From assembly GCA_963665715.2 (NCBI GenBank), contig CAXXPR010000002.1, positions 1,670,516 through 1,710,515 of the forward strand: a stretch of 40,000 nucleotides of DNA, written 5' to 3'. This document shows positions 34,707 to 40,000 of this stretch, one piece after another. The notes beneath the pieces are model-generated. The model was given only the letters and a program-made list of their open reading frames with translations. It had not been told where the DNA came from and searched no databases. Each line of letters begins with the position of its first letter. Positions within the stretch are counted from its first letter, which is position 1. The DNA is from Desulfatiglandales bacterium. GTDB lineage: Bacteria > Desulfobacterota > DSM-4660 > Desulfatiglandales > HGW-15. The translations under genes and the position numbers were made by a program.

Positions 34707-36224
34707 TTAATTCGATTTTTTTAATTTTTTCTCCAGTCTGGCGATCTCTTTTTTTATCTTTATTATCTCAGGGTGACCGTCAGAATACTGTTTGCGCAGT
34801 TCTTTAAGTTTATTTTTAAGTGTATTTAATCTTGAATCATCTCTGTCAATGTACTGCGGGACCTGCTGAAGCTGGGCCTGGGTGGATACTGATCTCAGGA
34901 ATTTCCTCTGTTCATTGCTCATTCCTTCCATCTCCAATATTTCTGCTTCCTGTTCTATCTGCTCAGCTTTGGCATGCATATCGTCATCGCCATATTTTGC
35001 AGCGAAATTTCTCATGCTGCGGGCTGATGTTTTTAATACACGCACGGCATCAAGCTCTCTTCCCTCATCAGATAATGCTATGGCTTTTTCCTCAGCCAGT
35101 GCATTTTGTGTGATAAATAACTCTTTTTGAACATGGATGTTTGCTGACTTTTCTATTTCCTGTGCATTATTACTGAAAGATGCTATGACGTTTCCTCCTG
35201 TTCTTCCTTCTTTTTCTGTGAATGCGTTTATGTAATTAATTTCAGCTGTTGCTACATTGAGTATCTCTCCGTCTTTTCTTTTTGGTATTTCTACTTCAAT
35301 AAGCGCATATTTTTCCTGACCGCCGTATAGCTGATTCAGCGTAAGTTCAATTGTTCTGCCCTTTATTCTTCCCTCTCTTCCTATAATACTTTTAGGAGTA
35401 ACGCCTTCCGGGCATTCAACAACTACTTTTACTCTTTTTGCTACAACATCCAGAACATCTCCAAGTTCAGTTGAAAATATATCCGGAAGATCGCGGCTTG
35501 ATTCTACAAAATAGGTGTTGCCGTCACTGTTACGGGACAGGCGGGTCATCAGGTCTTCGTTATAGTCTGTGCCTACACCGATTGTTGTTACTGCAATTTC
35601 CTCCTTGATCAGCGCAGCGCCAAGCCTACCGAGTTCTTCCGGAGAGCTTGGGCCTACATTTGCTATACCGTCAGATAAGAGGATTATGCGGTTAATATAT
35701 CCGCCGTCGAGGTTTTTGCGTATTTCCGATGCTCCCTGGCTGACTCCCCCGAAGAGTGCAGTGTTGCCTCCCGGTCTGATATTTCTTATTCTTGATTCAA
35801 TCCATTCGATGTTGGCAGCGCTTTGTGCCGGGACTATTGTTTCTACATTATGATCATATATGACAACGGAGCATTTATCTCGGGGCCCGAGCCTGCGAAG
35901 AGCCTCTATTGCGGCCTGTTTTGCCTTTTCGATCTTCTGACCGGACATGGAACCGGACCTGTCAAGAACGAGAGCAAGGTTTACCTTTGGTCTTTTTACC
36001 TGGTTCGTTCTTTCATATGGCTTTTCCGCATCAAGCGTGACCTTTATTATTACATTCTGAGACCTGTCCGAAGGAAGAACATTTCTGTCGAGCTCCACCC
36101 GGCACTTTACCGGTGCGACGGTTTCCTTTGCAATGACGTTACCTGAAAATACTGAAGTGACTGCGAACAGTGTAAAAATAGCCGTCCATACCCTGTGTCT
36201 TATTATCTGTTCTATTGTTTTCAT
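34707..36224 (-). CDS. Secreted von Willebrand factor type A (VWA) domain protein with C-terminal coiled-coil
   Basis: Signal-like N-terminus. MIDAS motif LVLDRSGSMSG, ...NTALFGG..., LLSDGIANVG. Lys/Glu-rich helical tail. Confidence 0.8.
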   Translation of the reverse strand: MKTIEQIIRHRVWTAIFTLFAVTSVFSGNVIAKETVAPVKCRVELDRNVLPSDRSQNVIIKVTLDAEKPYERTNQVKRPKVNLALVLDRSGSMSGQKIEKAKQAAIEALRRLGPRDKCSVVIYDHNVETIVPAQSAANIEWIESRIRNIRPGGNTALFGGVSQGASEIRKNLDGGYINRIILLSDGIANVGPSSPEELGRLGAALIKEEIAVTTIGVGTDYNEDLMTRLSRNSDGNTYFVESSRDLPDIFSTELGDVLDVVAKRVKVVVECPEGVTPKSIIGREGRIKGRTIELTLNQLYGGQEKYALIEVEIPKRKDGEILNVATAEINYINAFTEKEGRTGGNVIASFSNNAQEIEKSANIHVQKELFITQNALAEEKAIALSDEGRELDAVRVLKTSARSMRNFAAKYGDDDMHAKAEQIEQEAEILEMEGMSNEQRKFLRSVSTQAQLQQVPQYIDRDDSRLNTLKNKLKELRKQYSDGHPEIIKIKKEIARLEKKLKKSN

Positions 36225-36360
36225 ATTTACGCCTCCTTTATGGATGTCATGATTTTGTATGACATTATAGAGGGTTCAAAATTTGAGTTGTCAGCGGCAG
36301 GTAAAACTTATGTAAAAAAGTTGTAAAAATAAAGGAATTTAATTTGAGGAATATCTGCAC

Positions 36361-36528
36361 TGCAGGGGCGATACCTTTAAAGCTCGAACACCCAACATCC
36401 AATAAAAGACAACGTATTTTGCCTTCTATTGAACGTTGAATGTTGGATGTTGAGCGTTGGTGCGTTCATCTTTTTTATTAACTGTTATGCTTAACTCAAC
36501 AACATTGCAGGCAAGGCCCGCCCCTGCA
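36361..36528. repeat. Nested inverted-repeat (MITE/REP-like) element
   Basis: Perfect 10-bp outer inverted repeat tgcaggggcg (36361-36370) / cgcccctgca (36519-36528). Imperfect inner inverted repeat aacacccaacatccaa (36387-36402) / ttggatgttgagcgtt (36443-36458). Confidence 0.55.
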
Positions 36529-36542
36529 ATTATTATCTCCCT

Positions 36543-37202
36543 TTATTCAAGTAAATCTTTCCGGTATTCACGTCTTTCTTCAGGCGTCATGCTCCGTAAT
36601 TTATCCTTTAACTCTTCCCGTTCTTCCGGAGACATATCATCAAGCTTTTCCCGGATCATCTGCCTTCTTTTTGATGATATTTCCCTGAGCTTTCTTCTCA
36701 TTTCCTGTTTCTGTTCAGGCGTGGTTTCTTCCATTATTTTCCGTATTTTCTCTTTCTGTTCGGGTGAGAGATTACGGAATCTTTCGGCAAGTCTTTCACG
36801 TCTTTCGGCTGAAGCCTCTCGGTATTTCTTTCTTGCTGATCTTATTTTTTCCTTCTGTTCTTCTGTCAGATTCTGGTATCTTTTAAAATTGTTTTTTATC
36901 TGTTGTTTTTTTTCTTCCGGAATATCTTTCCAGCGTTTCATTTTACTTCTGATTTCCCTGCGTTCAGCAGGCGACATGCTGAGCCATTTATCTGTTCTTT
37001 CTATCATCTTATTTTTCTGATCAGCAGACAGGGTTTCCCAGTCTATCTCGAACCGGTTTAATATACGCTGCTGTTTTTCTGAAAGGGATTTCCATGAAAT
37101 ATCTTTACCATCCAGAGAGGCATAGGAGCCAGGGGCAAAGAAAAGCAGTGCTGTAAGTATGTATAATATTAATGTGTATTTGTTTTTATATGTTTTATTC
37201 AT
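36543..37202 (-). CDS. DUF3106-like secreted repeat protein (ECF-sigma cluster)
   Basis: Signal peptide, then repeated helical units of the type W..LSxExR/K.. (RWKDIPEEKK, FRNLSPEQKEK, LRSMTPEERRE), as in DUF3106 proteins that follow ECF sigma/DUF3619 genes. From memory. Confidence 0.6.
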   Translation of the reverse strand: MNKTYKNKYTLILYILTALLFFAPGSYASLDGKDISWKSLSEKQQRILNRFEIDWETLSADQKNKMIERTDKWLSMSPAERREIRSKMKRWKDIPEEKKQQIKNNFKRYQNLTEEQKEKIRSARKKYREASAERRERLAERFRNLSPEQKEKIRKIMEETTPEQKQEMRRKLREISSKRRQMIREKLDDMSPEEREELKDKLRSMTPEERREYRKDLLE

Positions 37203-37232
37203 GATACACCTCTTTAAGTATAGAACAGGCTC

Positions 37233-37589
37233 TTAGCCTGCATTGTTTTCATCTTCTGCAAACCATGTATAAAATTCCAGGTTTTCATACAGCTCAAGCT
37301 GCTGCTCATCTGACAGCATTTCCACAAGCATAAGTTCTTCCGGGCTTATCTCCAGGCTGTCATTTGAAGTGCTGTTAAACTGGCTGAGCGTTATAAGCAT
37401 AACAAGTGCTGCGGCTGCTATACCGCCTGCAGGAAGAAACCATGATATGATGCCTTTACGGCCCCGCTCTGCTGCCACAATTCTGGATGCCCTGATTTTA
37501 GAAAGAGTTTTTGTATCAAGCTCATCTATGCTCTGGTCCAGATGATCCTTTATCTCTTCAATAAAATCTTTTTCAATTTTTAAGGCCAT
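37233..37589 (-). CDS. Single-pass membrane protein, probable anti-sigma factor (DUF3619-like)
   Basis: 118 aa with one TM helix (WFLPAGGIAAAALVMLITL). Overlaps the sigma gene stop by 10 nt. Confidence 0.5.
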   Translation of the reverse strand: MALKIEKDFIEEIKDHLDQSIDELDTKTLSKIRASRIVAAERGRKGIISWFLPAGGIAAAALVMLITLSQFNSTSNDSLEISPEELMLVEMLSDEQQLELYENLEFYTWFAEDENNAG

Positions 37590-38113
37590 GTTCCCTCCAG
37601 TTCCTGTTTAAGCCTTCCCACTGCACGAAAGTAATGGGTTTTTACTGTTCCTTCCGAGCATTTCATTGCCAGGGCTGTTTCTTTAGTGCTCAGGCCTTCC
37701 CAGGCTCTCAGCAGAAATGCCTGCTGCTGTTTATGCGGAAGTTTTTTTAATGATTCATCCAGTTTTTTGATTGCCTGGCTGTTTTTAAGTTCTGTAAGTG
37801 CATCCGGATTTTTCATGTCTTCTACTGATTCAATCGGATGCTGTATAATTTCTGATTCAGGTTTTGCAGTGCCGGGCAGATATCTGAAAATAAGGTTTTT
37901 AAGTTTCTGTTTTCTGTACCAGTCCCTGATTTTGTTCCTGACCACCCTGTAAAAGAGGGGCTTTAATTCCGGCTCGCTTTTATTTGAGTAGTGCCGGACA
38001 AATGCCATCATGCTGTCCTGGAGGATATCAAGCGCATCATCGCTGTTTCCTGTAGCAATCTGAATTATCCGGAACGCTTTTTTCTCAACTGATTTTAAAA
38101 AGTCATCCATCAT
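37580..38113 (-). CDS. ECF-type RNA polymerase sigma-70 family factor
   Basis: Region 2-like DALDILQDSMMAFVRHY...FYRVVRNKIRDWYRK. Region 4 HTH LPHKQQQAFLLRAWEGLSTKETALAMKCSEGTVKTHYFRAVGRLK. Confidence 0.85.
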   Translation of the reverse strand: MMDDFLKSVEKKAFRIIQIATGNSDDALDILQDSMMAFVRHYSNKSEPELKPLFYRVVRNKIRDWYRKQKLKNLIFRYLPGTAKPESEIIQHPIESVEDMKNPDALTELKNSQAIKKLDESLKKLPHKQQQAFLLRAWEGLSTKETALAMKCSEGTVKTHYFRAVGRLKQELEGTWP

Positions 38114-38366
38114 ACTGTTTTTCCGCTTAAGCTTTATTCAGTAAACCGGAGCAGGGTGGCCGTTTCAGGATTGCAGTTACCTTACAATCCTGTTTTATTC
38201 ATTATCCTTTTTTTTCATAATTCCGGCAGACTTTGAGCTGAAATAACTGTAAAAATATTCAGGGCATTTAAAGTATTGTAATGTAAACACTGTTTTTTGT
38301 AACATATTTTCCTCCGTTTTTATTATTTCCCATTTTATTTAGTAAAACGAATAAAGGAGGTTTTGG

Positions 38367-39260
38367 TTGACAAAAAAAATGATATTTGTGATGGCCTTTA
38401 TGGTATGTTTCCTTTTGACCTTAACTTTATATGCACAGGACAGTATGTCAGACAAGATAAACACCGCAGAAGCCCTGCTGGTTCAGCCTTCAATGAATGT
38501 TTTCAGGCGCTTTAATTCTGACCCGGAAGCCATGTATAGTTTTTACGGCAATGTTCTGGGGTTCAAACAGCTGGATACATACCGGGTAGAAAACGGTATT
38601 GGTGTAGCCCGTTTCCAGATCAATGACTCCCAGGTGAAACTGTCAGGTTTTGTACCCGGACGGTCCTACAAAAGAGGTGATGTTGCTGATGCAACCGGTT
38701 TGAGGCTCCTTACTTTTTTCTATACTGACAGAGATAAACTTGAAAAAAGGTTTAAAGAAAGCGGAATGCCTGCGCCTGTGTTTAAACCTGCACTAAAACC
38801 TGGCCGAAGTCATGGATTTGTTAAGGACCCTGACGGTCAGTGGGTAGAGCTTGTTATTGTACCTGAAAAAGAAGCTGCTTTATGTAATGGAATAGAAATA
38901 GGTCTTGTTGTTTCTGATATAGAAAAGAGCAGGGCGTTTTACGGCGGTTTTATCGGGCTTAAAGAGCTGCCTGTTCAGGATGATCCTGTCTTTAAAACAA
39001 AAAAGTACAGCTTTAAGCACGGCTCAACAGTTATCAGTTTAAGATATTTTAAAGAGGGGCTTCCTGCAGATACCGGAACCGGCGGAATTCAGTATGTTGT
39101 TTCCGATGCGAAAGAGATAGAAAAACTTGCTCAGGAAAATGGCGTTAAGATTGATCAGCCCCTTAGAAAACTGGAAGGGTTTCCGTTGTTAACAGTATGG
39201 CTTGATGATCCTGACGGGATTATAAACTATTTTGCGCAGATTGGAGCAGGTGAGAAATAA
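38367..39260 (+). CDS. Secreted tandem VOC (glyoxalase/bleomycin-resistance/dioxygenase fold) protein
   Basis: AAGGAGG SD lies 6 nt before TTG 38367. Signal-like N-terminus. Two modules with F.KDPDGQWVEL and WLDDPDGIINYF, typical VOC C-terminal strands. Confidence 0.6.
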   Translation: MTKKMIFVMAFMVCFLLTLTLYAQDSMSDKINTAEALLVQPSMNVFRRFNSDPEAMYSFYGNVLGFKQLDTYRVENGIGVARFQINDSQVKLSGFVPGRSYKRGDVADATGLRLLTFFYTDRDKLEKRFKESGMPAPVFKPALKPGRSHGFVKDPDGQWVELVIVPEKEAALCNGIEIGLVVSDIEKSRAFYGGFIGLKELPVQDDPVFKTKKYSFKHGSTVISLRYFKEGLPADTGTGGIQYVVSDAKEIEKLAQENGVKIDQPLRKLEGFPLLTVWLDDPDGIINYFAQIGAGEK

Positions 39261-39452
39261 TAACTGGTTCGGCAGTGGATGGTTTATAGCTGTTATGTCT
39301 TTCACTTGAATCCTGGACCACTCGAACCCTTGAATCCTTTTAAAAATTTGGAGATGATTTTAAACCACTCTTGTCCAAAAACAATATTTTTGAATTTTAA
39401 AATACAATAATGATAGAGCATTCATAATTTATTAATATCGTGAACTTGTTTT

Positions 39453-39532
39453 CGTCATTCCCATGAAGATGGGAATCCATTTTTGTTTTTAAAGCAAAAG
39501 CCAATGGTTACCCGCCTTCGCGGGTATGACGG
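39453..39532. repeat. Inverted pair of REP-like hairpins (CGTCAT-hairpin family)
   Basis: cgtcattcccatgaagatgggaatcc (39453-39478) and, in inverted orientation, ggttacccgccttcgcgggtatgacgg (39507-39532). A related unit, ggattccccggtcggggccttggaatgacg, is at 25851-25880. Confidence 0.55.
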
Positions 39533-39630
39533 TAGGCGAGGTTCATTTATTTTAAAGAATATTCTATTTCTACACTTTATTTTGGACTCTTATGATTTTA
39601 AACATATATTAAAAAATGGAGGGCTTGATT

Positions 39631-40000
39631 ATGAAACATAGTAGACTGTTTTTTGTCATGGCTTGTATGTTTTTAATGTTGTGTGTTTCTTCTCTTACAG
39701 GTGTTGCATCGGAAAAAGAAGCAAAACCTGAAAAATCTGACTTTATACCGTCTCCTGTATTTTCCCCGCCATACCCGCCGCTGCCCCATCATTTCAGTGA
39801 TGTGTTTACCATTCAGATTCTGTGTAAAGCCCCAAAGGGTGCGATAAAAAAGGCTCTTCCTCCCCACATGAAAACCGTGGGTGACGGTGACACCTTTGTG
39901 CTGCTTTTAGGCTGGACAAAGGATGTTGAAGAAGAAGGCTACAACGTACATGAGATTGCCATTAACGCCCCTGTAAAATGGAAGGATAAAGTCGGAAACA
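39631..40000 (+). CDS. Secreted protein, 3'-truncated by the window edge; possibly acetoacetate decarboxylase-like
   Basis: GGAGG SD lies 8 nt before the ATG. Signal peptide MKHSRLFFVMACMFLMLCVSS. Frame open to the window end. The ADC-like call rests only on weak N-terminal resemblance. Confidence 0.35.
   Translation, partial: MKHSRLFFVMACMFLMLCVSSLTGVASEKEAKPEKSDFIPSPVFSPPYPPLPHHFSDVFTIQILCKAPKGAIKKALPPHMKTVGDGDTFVLLLGWTKDVEEEGYNVHEIAINAPVKWKDKVGN

Noticed and set aside
36457-37020. 187-aa plus-strand ORF rich in Ser/Leu/Phe
   Set aside because: It is the antisense shadow of the Lys/Glu/Arg-rich DUF3106-like gene on the minus strand. The low-complexity translation is produced by reverse-complement codon bias.

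Overview
The window centres on a large chromosomal integron, about 5890-24835, flanked by ordinary metabolic and regulatory genes. On the right, an integron-type tyrosine recombinase gene (intI, 23804-24835, +) is followed 11 nt later by a lexA homologue. To its left, on the opposite strand, lie a candidate attI and about 14 short gene cassettes, mostly orphan ORFs. The cassettes are separated by attC-like imperfect palindromes bounded by GCTAAC...GTTAGC-type cores. These come in a short class of about 65 bp and a long class of about 115-130 bp, and most share a GGCAAG block. Mobile elements sit in many of the attC sites. Two near-identical group IIC-type introns and one degenerate 3' remnant are all inserted after ...TGTT of one core, antisense to the cassettes. 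Two diverged IS1182-family elements are both inserted at the GTT of the other core. An IS91-family rolling-circle transposase occupies a cassette slot. One cassette (12075-13049) carries an Rx4H, HEPN-like motif and is a candidate defence gene. Left flank: a REC-domain fragment, a HATPase-GNAT fusion, a NicX/M29-like protein and a secreted alpha/beta hydrolase. Right flank: a purine-rich heptamer repeat array, a TRAP transporter (dctPQM) and two tandem FliD-like paralogues, the second behind a clear c-di-GMP-I (GEMM-I) riboswitch. These are followed by an OmpR/HK pair, a VWA protein, an ECF sigma/anti-sigma/DUF3106-like cluster, a VOC protein and a partial ORF. I saw no rRNA, tRNA or CRISPR. 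All family assignments rest on motifs read by eye and on recollection; no searches were run.
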